A DNA stretch of 64,000 nt from Devosiaceae bacterium. Its GTDB lineage: Bacteria; Pseudomonadota; Alphaproteobacteria; Rhizobiales; Devosiaceae. A program made the translations under genes and the position numbers. The stretch's first letter is position 1. Every line of letters begins with the position of its first letter. Positions 37,308 to 45,926 of this stretch are shown in pieces. The stretch lies in assembly GCA_035998685.1 (NCBI GenBank), contig DASYHK010000003.1, positions 192,259 to 256,258 on the forward strand, given 5' to 3'. The notes under the pieces were generated by a model, which worked only from the letters and a program-made list of their open reading frames with translations, was not told the origin of the DNA and searched no databases.

Positions 37308-38417
37308 ATGGCGACGCAGGAGCAAGGCGACGTGCGCCACGTCCAACTCGAGAATGTGTCGAAGCAGTTCGGCGCGGTGGAGGTCATCCGCGACCTCAGC
37401 CTCACCGTCAGCGCGGGGGAATTCTGTGCGCTCCTCGGCCCTTCCGGCTGCGGCAAATCCACGCTCCTCCGGATGATCGCGGGGCTCGAGACGGTGACCT
37501 CTGGCAGCATCGTCATCAGCGGGCGCGACGTAACGCAGGTGCCCCCGGCGAAGCGCCGGATCTCCATGGTCTTCCAGTCCTACGCGCTCTATCCCCATAT
37601 GACGGTCCGGCAGAATATCGCCTTCAGCCTGGACATCGCGGGTGTTCCCAAACCCGAGATGGCCGCGAAGACTGAGAAGGTCGCCCGTCTCCTGCAGCTC
37701 GAGGATTATCTCGACCGCAAGCCGTCGCAGCTTTCGGGCGGGCAGCGGCAGCGCGTCGCCATCGGGCGGGCCCTGGTCCGCGACCCCGAGGTCTTCCTCT
37801 TCGACGAGCCGCTGTCCAACCTCGATGCCAAGCTGCGTGTCCAGATGCGGCTGGAACTAGCCAAGCTGCACCAGGACCTTCGATCGACGATGATCTATGT
37901 GACCCACGATCAGGTCGAGGCAATGACGCTCGCCGACCGGATCGTGGTGCTCGACAGCGGCCGTATTGCCCAGGTCGGCTCGCCCCTCGACCTCTACCGA
38001 CGGCCTGAAAACAAGTTCGTCGCCGCCTTCATCGGTTCGCCGGCGATGAATTTCCTGCCGGTTCAGCCCATGGACGGCGCCGACGGCAATGTCACCATTT
38101 CTCTCGGCGGAGCGATGCCGTTGACCGTCGCATTGCGGAACGGGGCGAGGGCGTCGGAGGGCGACGCGTTCGAGCTCGGGATCAGGCCCGAGCATGCCGG
38201 GGTTACCGAAGCGGCAGATCCGGCCGCTCTGATGACCGGCCGCATCACCATGCTGGAGCGCCTGGGCAATGCCACCATGCTCTACATTGAGACAGAACGC
38301 GGCATGATGGTCGTGGAGGAGGACAGCGAGTCTCCCGCGCGCATCGGTGACGCAGTGGGCATCAAGATGGACCCCGAGCGGGCGCATCTCTTTGCCGCGG
38401 ACGGCACCGCAGTCTGA
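37308..38417 (+). CDS. sugar ABC transporter ATP-binding protein (UgpC/MalK type)
   Basis: Walker A GPSGCGKST, signature LSGGQRQR, Walker B FLFDEPLS, and a C-terminal TOBE-like domain. Confidence 0.93.
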   Translation: MATQEQGDVRHVQLENVSKQFGAVEVIRDLSLTVSAGEFCALLGPSGCGKSTLLRMIAGLETVTSGSIVISGRDVTQVPPAKRRISMVFQSYALYPHMTVRQNIAFSLDIAGVPKPEMAAKTEKVARLLQLEDYLDRKPSQLSGGQRQRVAIGRALVRDPEVFLFDEPLSNLDAKLRVQMRLELAKLHQDLRSTMIYVTHDQVEAMTLADRIVVLDSGRIAQVGSPLDLYRRPENKFVAAFIGSPAMNFLPVQPMDGADGNVTISLGGAMPLTVALRNGARASEGDAFELGIRPEHAGVTEAADPAALMTGRITMLERLGNATMLYIETERGMMVVEEDSESPARIGDAVGIKMDPERAHLFAADGTAV

Positions 38418-38465
38418 CGCGCCCGCGCCATGTGGGCGCCGCCAACCGTCTGGACCGATGGATGC

Positions 38466-38918
38466 TCAGCCGGCAGCCGCCCGCTCCAGCTCCGCCACGT
38501 CGATCTTGCGCATCTTCAGCATCGCCTCCGTCGCGCGCTGTGCGCGACCGCCGTCCGCATCACTTAACAGTTCTCCCAGTCGCCGCGGAATGATCTGCCA
38601 GGACAGCCCGAACTTGTCCTTGAGCCATCCGCACTGGGACTCTGCTCCACCGTCGGCGGTCAGCTGCTCCCAATAGTAGTCGACCTCGGCCTGGTCCTCG
38701 CAATCCACGTACAGCGACACCGCCTCCGTGAACTTGAACTGCGGCCCCCCGTTGAGAGCCGTGAACTCCCGGCCCTCAAGCTCGAAGCTACAGGTGAGCA
38801 CGCTGCCGTTGTGACGGGTGATCCTGCCAGCCTTCGAGTTCTTGAAGATGGACGTATAGTAGGCCATTGCCTCTTCCGCTTGGCCGTCAAACCACAGCCA
38901 CGTGGTGATCTTCTGCAT
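38466..38918 (-). CDS. VOC-superfamily protein (PhnB / 3-demethylubiquinone-9 methyltransferase-domain type)
   Basis: MQKITTWLWFDGQAEEAMAYYTSIF...CGWLKDKFGLSWQI is the characteristic pattern. Confidence 0.8.
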   Translation of the reverse strand: MQKITTWLWFDGQAEEAMAYYTSIFKNSKAGRITRHNGSVLTCSFELEGREFTALNGGPQFKFTEAVSLYVDCEDQAEVDYYWEQLTADGGAESQCGWLKDKFGLSWQIIPRRLGELLSDADGGRAQRATEAMLKMRKIDVAELERAAAG

Positions 38919-38943
38919 TCTCGTCTCCCGTGCTTCCGACCTG

Positions 38944-39438
38944 TCAACGCTCTCGCGTTATCTCTCCCTCCGTCGCCAGCAGCGCATCGAGCTGCTGGAA
39001 ACTCGACTCCATACCCTCGGTCATGCCGGTGTCGAGCGCCGCTTTCCGAGCCTCCGCCGAGGCGAACAGTGTCGTCTGGGTTAGTTCCGTGTGACCTGCC
39101 ATGTCGCGCAGCGTGACGGTGATCAGCGTCTCGCCGCCGGTCCAGTCCTCGTCGAAGAGCTGCGTGAAGACCAGCCGCTCCGGTGCCACCACCTCCCGAT
39201 GCACGCCGGAGGCGCTCATCGTCTCACCATCTGGGCCACGCCACCGGAAGCGGTAGGCTCCGCCGACCCGGGCATCGATCTCGCACAACGGCATCGTCCA
39301 TCCCGGTGGGCCCAGCAGCCATCGCCGAACGAGTTCGGGTCGAGTGTGACACGCGAACACCAGCTCCATCGGCGCCGCGAACGACCGGGTCATGACGAGT
39401 TCGCGGTCGTTGGGAGTAAAGAGCTGAAGTTCGGGCAT
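38944..39438 (-). CDS. SRPBCC (AHSA1/START-like) domain protein
   Basis: 164 aa: LVMTRSFAAPMELVFACHTRPELVRRW..., in the usual pairing with an ArsR regulator. Confidence 0.85.
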   Translation of the reverse strand: MPELQLFTPNDRELVMTRSFAAPMELVFACHTRPELVRRWLLGPPGWTMPLCEIDARVGGAYRFRWRGPDGETMSASGVHREVVAPERLVFTQLFDEDWTGGETLITVTLRDMAGHTELTQTTLFASAEARKAALDTGMTEGMESSFQQLDALLATEGEITRER

Positions 39439-39450
39439 TGCCGATTACTC

Positions 39451-39798
39451 CTATTGCCTGCCTGCGGGAGGGTCCGGCTGCAGGTCGTCCAGCAGTGCAT
39501 CTAGCCTTTGGTAGTTGCCTTCCCAGGCTTTTCGATACCGATCGAGCCAGTCGCGAGCCGCCGCCAGCGGCGCCCCTTCGATCCGGCACGGCCGGCGCTG
39601 GGCGTCACGGCCGCGCGAGATCAAGCCAGCCCGTTCCAGCATCTTCAGGTGCTTGGAGATGGCTGGCTGGCTCATGGCGAAGGGCTGCGCGAGTTCGGCC
39701 ACCGAAGCATCGCCCTCCAGCAGCCGCGCCAGGATGGCCCGCCGCGTCGGATCCGCGAGAGCCACGAACGTGGCATTGAGCTGGTCGGGAGTGGGCAT
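39451..39798 (-). CDS. ArsR/SmtB family transcriptional regulator
   Basis: ORF 39451..39945 with likely start ATG 39798. FVALADPTRRAILARLLEGDASVAELAQPFAMSQPAISKHLKMLERAGLI. Confidence 0.88.
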   Translation of the reverse strand: MPTPDQLNATFVALADPTRRAILARLLEGDASVAELAQPFAMSQPAISKHLKMLERAGLISRGRDAQRRPCRIEGAPLAAARDWLDRYRKAWEGNYQRLDALLDDLQPDPPAGRQ

Positions 39799-39935
39799 AA
39801 GATAACCATGTAGTTTTAGAACCATTCGGTTATTCAATATTGATCTCGTCCTGTCAATGGCGTCGCTGGTCCTGTCACCCGGCGCCCCGGGTCTGCTATT
39901 GGTGAGGGCGATGTCGGTCCAGTAGGAGAGCGGCG

Positions 39936-40406
39936 ATGACGGCACCGATGATCTACGTCGACGCAGATGCCTGCCCGGTGAAGGACGAGGCCCTGCGGGT
40001 CGCCATGCGGCACCGCATCATCATTACCTTCGTCGCCAATCAGGGGTCCCGGCCGACGCGCGATCCGATGATCCGCTATGTCTATGTCCCTTACGGACCG
40101 GACGCTGCGGATGACTGGATTGTCGGGGAGCTTGTCGCCAACGACATCGTGGTTACCGCCGATATCCCTCTGGCGGCGCGGGCGCTGGAGCGCCAGGCGC
40201 ATGTCCTGGGGCCGACCGGGCGACTGTTCACTCGCGATTCCATTGGCATGGCCCTTGCCATGCGTGACCTCAAGCAACACTTGCGGGAGACCGGGGAGAG
40301 CAGGGGGCTCAATCCGAGCTTCTCCCAGCGCGACCGCTCCCAGTTTCTCTCGGCCCTCGACGCCGCCGTCACGCGCGCCAAACGCGCCGCTGGCGGAGTG
40401 CCGTGA
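39936..40406 (+). CDS. YaiI/YqxD family protein (DUF188)
   Basis: MIYVDADACPVKDE...IVVTADIPLAARAL. Confidence 0.85.
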   Translation: MTAPMIYVDADACPVKDEALRVAMRHRIIITFVANQGSRPTRDPMIRYVYVPYGPDAADDWIVGELVANDIVVTADIPLAARALERQAHVLGPTGRLFTRDSIGMALAMRDLKQHLRETGESRGLNPSFSQRDRSQFLSALDAAVTRAKRAAGGVP

Positions 40407-40532
40407 CCTCAAGAGAAAAGGGCCGTCGAAGCCGTAGCACGCAGTTGCGAAAAGCCTCGGAAGCTGATGTATGAGTGGCAACGGCTCCAGAGGGAGCTGC
40501 ATGGCGTCGAGCAATCAGAAGGAACTGCAGTC

Positions 40533-41678
40533 ATGAAACTCACCAGCTTTGTCGGTTTGCCCTTGGCACTTGCCCTGGGCCTGACGCTGGCCGCTTGCGA
40601 CAACAATGAGACGCCGCCTCCGGTCGAGTCGCCCGCGCCGGCGGCCGATGCTCCTGTCGAAACGGACAGCGCTGCTGAGGAAGCCGCCGCCGTCGACGAG
40701 GAAGCTGCCGAAGCTGCGCTCGCAGACGCTGAGACCGCAGCGGCCGCCGAAGAGGCCGCAGCTCTCGCGGAGGCCGAAGAGGCTGCCGCTCTCGCAGAGG
40801 CCGAGGCTGCCGTTGCTGAGGCGCTCATCGCGGACGAGGACGCAGCAGCTGAGAAAGCCGCCGCGGCAGAAGAGGCTGCAGCTGAGGTGACCGCCATCGC
40901 CGAGGAGCCCGCCTCCGAGGAGCTCGCCGTCGCCGAGGAGCCCGCCGTCCCCGAAGCTGCAGAAGCCGATGTGGTGCCAGAAGCTGCTCCGCTCGCGGAA
41001 GAAGAAGCCGTAGTCGAGGATGAGCCGGAGGCTGCTGCCGTCGCTACCGCCGAGCCCGAAGCTGCGGCCGTTGACGCGACACCGGCAGAACCCCTCGCCG
41101 ACGCCGAGCTCGCTTCCGATGCTGCCGCCAAGGGTGCGGCAGACGCGGAGGCGGCGATTGCCGCGACCACCCAGCAGGCAGAAACCGCCCCGTCCGGCGG
41201 CGCTCAGATCCTCTCCGCCCCGGCCATGCGCTCCGCCGCTCCGGTTGCCGAAGGAGCCGAAAGTAAGGGTGCCGCCGATGCCGCCGCCGCGATTGAGGCT
41301 GCCGGTGGGGATGTCGCCGAGCCAGTGGCTAACCCGGTCGACGCCGCGGCAGCTGGTACCCTGCCGGACGCCGGCCTTCGCCCCGACACGCGCATCGCCG
41401 CTGCGGCCGACCGCCCGGACTTCCCCTATCTCGGGGTCTGGGCCACCGACGCCGCCGCCTGTGCCACCGTCGACCAGGACGGCGCCGAAGGCTACCTCGT
41501 CATCAGCACGCTCAGCGTCCGCCAAGATGGCGAGCTGACGCTGATCGAGCCGGTGGCCATGAGCGACGGCGCGGTCAGCCTGTCGGTGGGCGAGGAAACC
41601 CTCGAGTTGTCGATGCCGAGCCCGGATCAGCTGCAGCTGGCCTCGGGCGAGACGCTGGTGCGCTGCACGGCACCCTGA
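40533..41678 (+). CDS. lipoprotein with long acidic Ala/Glu-rich low-complexity region
   Basis: ORF 40467..41678 with likely start ATG 40533 (AAGGAA upstream). Lipobox LTLAAC. About 260 aa of A/E/P/D low complexity are followed by a non-repetitive C-terminal region of about 85 aa that looks globular by composition. Confidence 0.6.
   Translation: MKLTSFVGLPLALALGLTLAACDNNETPPPVESPAPAADAPVETDSAAEEAAAVDEEAAEAALADAETAAAAEEAAALAEAEEAAALAEAEAAVAEALIADEDAAAEKAAAAEEAAAEVTAIAEEPASEELAVAEEPAVPEAAEADVVPEAAPLAEEEAVVEDEPEAAAVATAEPEAAAVDATPAEPLADAELASDAAAKGAADAEAAIAATTQQAETAPSGGAQILSAPAMRSAAPVAEGAESKGAADAAAAIEAAGGDVAEPVANPVDAAAAGTLPDAGLRPDTRIAAAADRPDFPYLGVWATDAAACATVDQDGAEGYLVISTLSVRQDGELTLIEPVAMSDGAVSLSVGEETLELSMPSPDQLQLASGETLVRCTAP
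40600..41390 (+). repeat. GC-rich imperfect tandem/low-complexity coding repeats (Ala-Glu)
   Basis: Reiterated GAGGCCGAAGAGGCTGCCGCTCTCGCA-type units (AEEAAALAEAEEAAALAEAEAA). KGAADAEAAIAA recurs as KGAADAAAAIEAA. The region generates long spurious ORFs on both strands. Confidence 0.7.
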
Positions 41679-41726
41679 TCGCTTTGGCAGAACAAGGAGG
41701 GCCGCGGTGCACGCCGCGGCCCTTGC

Positions 41727-42488
41727 CTATTCCAGCGGGCGATCGCCATTGCTGACCGCGAAGAGGGCGATCGCCGCGGCGTTGGAGACGTTGAGGGACT
41801 TGATCGGTCCCGGCATATCGAGCCGCACCATCTCGTCGCACAGCTCCCGCGTTCGCTGCCGCAGGCCCTTGCCCTCGGCGCCGAGCACGATCCCCACCGG
41901 GCCGCTGGCCGTACGGGGGCGGAGCGGCGCAGGAGCCTCGGAATCGAAGCCGATGATGTTCAGCCCACGCCCCTTCAGGGCCTCCAGCGCGTCGCCGAGA
42001 TTGCGCACCTCGATCAGCGGCACCATATCGAGCGCGCCGGAGGCAGCCTTCGCCATCACCCCGGTCTCGCGCGGCGCATAGCGGGCGGTGGTGATCACCG
42101 CATCGGCGCCGAAGGCACAAGCGGTGCGCAGGATCGCCCCGACATTATGGGGGTCGGTGATCTGGTCAAGCACCACCACCAGTCGTAGCGGCTGGATGTC
42201 GGCTAGGCCGTAGCGACTGACCGGCTCGACCTCCAGCGCCGCGCCCTGGTGCACGGCGTCCGGCCCCAGCAGAGCGTCGAGTTCCTTCGGCGTGGTTTCC
42301 GTAACCGGAACCTTACCAATCTCGCCGCTCTCGAGCAGACGGCTCCGGGCGTTGGCGGTGACCAGCAGCCGGCGCTTCTCGCGCCGCGGGTTGTCGAGCG
42401 CCGCCCGCACCGTGTGCAGGCCATAGAGGAATACCGGTCCGGTATCGGGGTCGTGGCGGTGCCTGGGGGGGAACTTGTTGCGGCTCAT
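41727..42488 (-). CDS. rlmB: 23S rRNA (guanosine-2'-O)-methyltransferase RlmB (SpoU/TrmH family)
   Basis: ORF 41727..42587 with likely start ATG 42488. LYGLHTVRAAL, LDQITDPHNVGAILRT, LGAEGKGL, LNVSNAAAIALF. Confidence 0.9.
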   Translation of the reverse strand: MSRNKFPPRHRHDPDTGPVFLYGLHTVRAALDNPRREKRRLLVTANARSRLLESGEIGKVPVTETTPKELDALLGPDAVHQGAALEVEPVSRYGLADIQPLRLVVVLDQITDPHNVGAILRTACAFGADAVITTARYAPRETGVMAKAASGALDMVPLIEVRNLGDALEALKGRGLNIIGFDSEAPAPLRPRTASGPVGIVLGAEGKGLRQRTRELCDEMVRLDMPGPIKSLNVSNAAAIALFAVSNGDRPLE

Positions 42489-42641
42489 GGCTTTCCGGTA
42501 GCCCCTTTGTCGCGCCACAGCAAGCTTCGCCCCACGCCGCCGCTGGGTCGGGGATTTGCTGTTGACAGGCGGTGGCTTGCCTACCATAAACCGCCCGACG
42601 GCGCACCTCGGACGGGTGCCGGCCCGATCTCCGGCGTCGAT

Positions 42642-42726
42642 GGAGGGGTGGGAGAGTGGTTAAATCCGGCAGACTGTAAATCTGCTCGCTTAGCGTACGC
42701 TGGTTCGAATCCAGCCCCCTCCACCA
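42642..42726 (+). tRNA. tRNA-Tyr (anticodon GUA)
   Basis: GGAGGGGTGGGAGAGTGG...CAGACTGTAAATCTG...long variable arm...GGTTCGAATCCAGCCCCCTCCACCA. Acceptor stem GGAGGGG/CCCCTCC. Confidence 0.93.
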
Positions 42727-42802
42727 TCTGCCCGGTTAAGGTGCGGCCGTCCTGCCGGCCACTTGCCAGAACCGGCGCTCCGCCCCTAAATGGGCACGCC
42801 AA

Positions 42803-42876
42803 GCGGGTGTAGCTCAATGGTAGAGCAGCAGCCTTCCAAGCTGAATACGAGGGTTCGATTCCCTTCACCCGCTCCA
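42803..42876 (+). tRNA. tRNA-Gly (anticodon UCC)
   Basis: GCGGGTGTAGCTCAATGGTAGAGCAGCAGCCTTCCAAGCTGAATACGAGGGTTCGATTCCCTTCACCCGCTCCA. Confidence 0.93.
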
Positions 42877-43235
42877 GTCCTCTCTCGCAACGCTAGGTCC
42901 ACGCGACGGTGATCGGCCGGAGACGGTTGCTGACGACGCCCGCTTCTCCCGCGGTCACAGCGCTTGCGTTGAGGTGGTCGCGTCAAGAGCGGGATTGAGC
43001 GTGACGGTTGATCAAGGCAGACCATTCCCGGTTGCGCAGAAGGGCTGACGCAGCCGCTAGGCTGTCCATGGGCGACGGTGCGCCGCTCGAGGGCACAGGG
43101 CCGTCGCTTCGACATCGGCTGCAGGGGGCGAACCGCAGTTATGCGTCGGAACCTCTGAGGTAAAGGCGCCACTGCGGCAAGGGAACGTAATGGCGTCCGG
43201 CGAATTGCCCTCCTATCCAATCGGAGGACCGGACA

Positions 43236-43718
43236 ATGCGGCACAACGTAACAGCAATCTACCGAACTCATGCTGTCGCCGACCTGGTGCGACAGGAACT
43301 TCAGGAGATGCACCTCGCATCCGGGGACATCCATGTTATCCCGGATAGGGCAGATGCGTCCGCTGCGGGAACCGATCGCGACCGGTACGTCGACGAGCTG
43401 TATGATCTTCATCTGCCGGACGACGATCAGCGCTCCTACGAGCAATGCATCCTTCGGGGTGACTATGTGGTCTCCGTCGACGTCGATGATGACGACGATC
43501 TGGCGCGAATTCAGGGCATCATGCGGCGCCCCGAGGAAGAGGCTTACAACCTGGACGCGGTCGATACCGAGTTTGCGAACACGGGTGTTGCAGCAAGAAG
43601 GGATCCGGCTCGTCCGGCCCCTGATCCCGACTGGGTCGCCCGGCGGCACCCGGACTACACCGACAGCTATGTCCGGTCCTACAGCCACAACAGGCCGCCT
43701 TCGGCGCCCCGTAGCTGA
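43236..43718 (+). CDS. acidic hypothetical protein (possibly general-stress-type)
   Basis: 160-aa ORF with GGAGG 7 nt before the ATG. The N-terminus MRHNVTAIYRTHAVADLVRQELQEMHLASGDIHVI resembles stress-protein N-domains. The family call is tentative. Confidence 0.45.
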   Translation: MRHNVTAIYRTHAVADLVRQELQEMHLASGDIHVIPDRADASAAGTDRDRYVDELYDLHLPDDDQRSYEQCILRGDYVVSVDVDDDDDLARIQGIMRRPEEEAYNLDAVDTEFANTGVAARRDPARPAPDPDWVARRHPDYTDSYVRSYSHNRPPSAPRS

Positions 43719-43741
43719 CCCAAAGCATCAAGGAGCTTGAA

Positions 43742-43996
43742 ATGGCAGAGTACAGAGACCCGAAGGTCACGACAGCGAAAGACGGCAAGTCAAAGGCTGG
43801 CACTTGGATCGTCATTGCCATCGTTGTAATCCTGTTATTGGCGCTGCTGGCATGGCTGGCTGGCTGGTTCAACACCGCCGACCCCGAACCCGTGCCTGTT
43901 GTTACCGAAGAGCCGGCAGCGACCACAGAGGACCCTGACGCGGTGGTGGTCACCCCGGCGGAGCCGGACGCGGTGGTGGTGGCTCCAGCCGACTAG
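43742..43996 (+). CDS. small single-TM protein
   Basis: 84 aa with one TM (WIVIAIVVILLLALLAWLAGWF) and an acidic tail carrying the duplication DPDAVVVTPAEPDAVVVAPAD. Confidence 0.4.
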   Translation: MAEYRDPKVTTAKDGKSKAGTWIVIAIVVILLLALLAWLAGWFNTADPEPVPVVTEEPAATTEDPDAVVVTPAEPDAVVVAPAD

Positions 43997-44332
43997 CACA
44001 AGAGCGGCTGTCCCCCGCGGGGACAACCGCACTTTCTCCTCTACGCGCTCAGTAAAAGCTCACCGGGCCGCAATACCTCTATGAGGTGTGTGCGGCCCGG
44101 CGGCGCGTATTCTGGATGAAACTCCTCCGCCCGTTGCACACTCACGCCATCTTCCGGGCAAAACTTCGCCGCTGTTCTGAGACATCACCCCGCCAATGAT
44201 GCCGCTTCGTGAGTGGCGCGTCGCCGCGAACGAGCATGATCCGCATGCGGCGTTACAACGATGCATTGGGGAAGGTCCGGCATCTGCAGCCTTTGTGCAA
44301 CGGACCTGAGTGACCGGGGAGTTCTTGGATAC

Positions 44333-45886
44333 ATGATGGGGCTATACGGCGCCTTGCGCCCATGCCGCCCGCTGATCGGGCGTGCATTCTTCGTACTCAT
44401 GACGGCACTTGCGGTTATGGGCGCCAGTGTCAGTAACGCGTTCTCCATCGAGAGCCTGCGCCAATACGCGGCAGTCGTCGTCGACGCCCGGTCCGGTGAG
44501 GTGCTGTACGACAAGGAAGCTGAATCCCGGCGCTATCCTGCGTCGCTCACCAAGGTGATGACGCTCTACATCCTTTTCCAGGAGCTGGAGGCAGGCAATA
44601 TCCGGCTGGGCGACCGGATGAAGGTATCGCCCCATGCGGCCGCGGCCGTGCCGACCAAACTCGGGCTGAAGCCCGGCTGGACGATCACCGTCGCCGATGC
44701 CATGAAGTCGCTGGTTACGCTTTCGGCCAACGACATGGCGCGCGTCATTGCCGAGCATGTCTCCGGCTCAGAGAGTGCCTTCGCGCAGCGCATGACGGCG
44801 ACCGCCCGGGCTCTGGGCATGGATGACACGACCTACCGCAACGCTTCTGGTCTCCCGGACGCAGCGCAGGTGACGACGGCGCGCGACCAAGCGACGTTGG
44901 GGATCGCCATCAATCAGCACTTCCCGCAATATTACGATCTGTTCCAGACCAAGAGCTTCACCTATGGCGGCCGCACCTATGGCAACCACAACCGGCTGCT
45001 CGGCTCGGATGGTGTAGACGGCATCAAGACTGGCTACATCAAAACTTCTGGATTCAACCTGTTGACCGCTGCTCGACGTGACGGCCGGCACATCGTCATC
45101 GCAGCCATAGGCTCCAATACCGGGGCGGCGCGCGACCAACGCGTGCGCGAACTGGTAAAGTCGCATCTGTCGAAGGGGCGGGCCGGCAGCACCCTCCAGG
45201 CCGCGATGATTCCCGAACCGGACCGTCTTGGCGAGATACACGTGGCAATGGCGGAACCCGTGACGCCAAAGCCATACCCTGCCTTTCGGAATGTCGAAGT
45301 ACGTCTGGCGGGCCTGACCGGCGCCAGCGGTCAATCCGCCGGGAGCACCCGAAGTGCCGGGCTTTCTCCTGCGGCGGAGGCGGCGCACATGCTGGGCAGC
45401 GGCAGCGCCAGTGCCGGCCGGCCACTGCAGCCGCCACAGCTCGAGGTGATGGGGGCATGGGTCGGCGAGACTCATAAGCTGACCGCCGATGCGCTGTTGC
45501 CTGCGAATCCCGAGACCAGCATTCCGGCGGAGCCGATGCCGCCGATGAACTCAGAGATTGCAGAAGCTTCCGAAGCCTCGGAAGCGGTTGAAGTTGCGGC
45601 CCTTCCCTCGGCACAGATGACGTCGCGGGAGCCGCCGGCGGCGCCCGGCTGGGTCGTGCAGGTGGGTGCCGCTCCTTCGCCGGAGGGAGCCGATAGCCTG
45701 CTGGCAGCGGCGGCGGGTGCAGTCGCAGAACTCGAGGAGTTGCAGCCCTACGTGCAGCGCTTCGAAAAGGGCGGCCAAGTCTTCTACCGTGCCCGCTTTG
45801 CCGGCTTCGAGGCGTTGGAGGAGGCGAGGGGCCTGTGCAAGCAGCTGCTGGCCGTAGAGATGAGCTGCCTCGCGCTGATGAGCTAG
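44333..45886 (+). CDS. D-alanyl-D-alanine carboxypeptidase (peptidase S11) with C-terminal SPOR-like domain
   Basis: ORF 44261..45886. PASLTKVMT (SxxK), SANDMA (SxN), KTGYI (KTG). The C-terminus WVVQVGAAPSPEGA...FYRARFAGFEALEEARGLCKQL is SPOR-like. The start (44333) is uncertain. Confidence 0.85.
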   Translation: MMGLYGALRPCRPLIGRAFFVLMTALAVMGASVSNAFSIESLRQYAAVVVDARSGEVLYDKEAESRRYPASLTKVMTLYILFQELEAGNIRLGDRMKVSPHAAAAVPTKLGLKPGWTITVADAMKSLVTLSANDMARVIAEHVSGSESAFAQRMTATARALGMDDTTYRNASGLPDAAQVTTARDQATLGIAINQHFPQYYDLFQTKSFTYGGRTYGNHNRLLGSDGVDGIKTGYIKTSGFNLLTAARRDGRHIVIAAIGSNTGAARDQRVRELVKSHLSKGRAGSTLQAAMIPEPDRLGEIHVAMAEPVTPKPYPAFRNVEVRLAGLTGASGQSAGSTRSAGLSPAAEAAHMLGSGSASAGRPLQPPQLEVMGAWVGETHKLTADALLPANPETSIPAEPMPPMNSEIAEASEASEAVEVAALPSAQMTSREPPAAPGWVVQVGAAPSPEGADSLLAAAAGAVAELEELQPYVQRFEKGGQVFYRARFAGFEALEEARGLCKQLLAVEMSCLALMS

Positions 45887-45926
45887 TCTGGCCTGCCCCA
45901 CGTCGCTGCCGGCAACAGGTGAAGCG

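Noticed and set aside
40409-41538. Long ORFs on both strands across the Ala/Glu repeat region (253 aa and 336 aa reverse; 94 aa and 172 aa forward alternative frames).
   Set aside because: Their translations are monotonous Ser/Ala, Gly/Arg or Pro/Arg low complexity produced by the GC-rich repeat. Only the frame with SD, signal peptide, lipobox and a globular-looking C-terminal region is plausible.
43148-43200. Two GGAAC motifs upstream of the stress-like gene at 43236, considered as EcfG-type general-stress promoters (GGAAC-N16/17-CGTT).
   Set aside because: Neither is followed by CGTT at the required spacing; the sequences there read CCAC and AATT.
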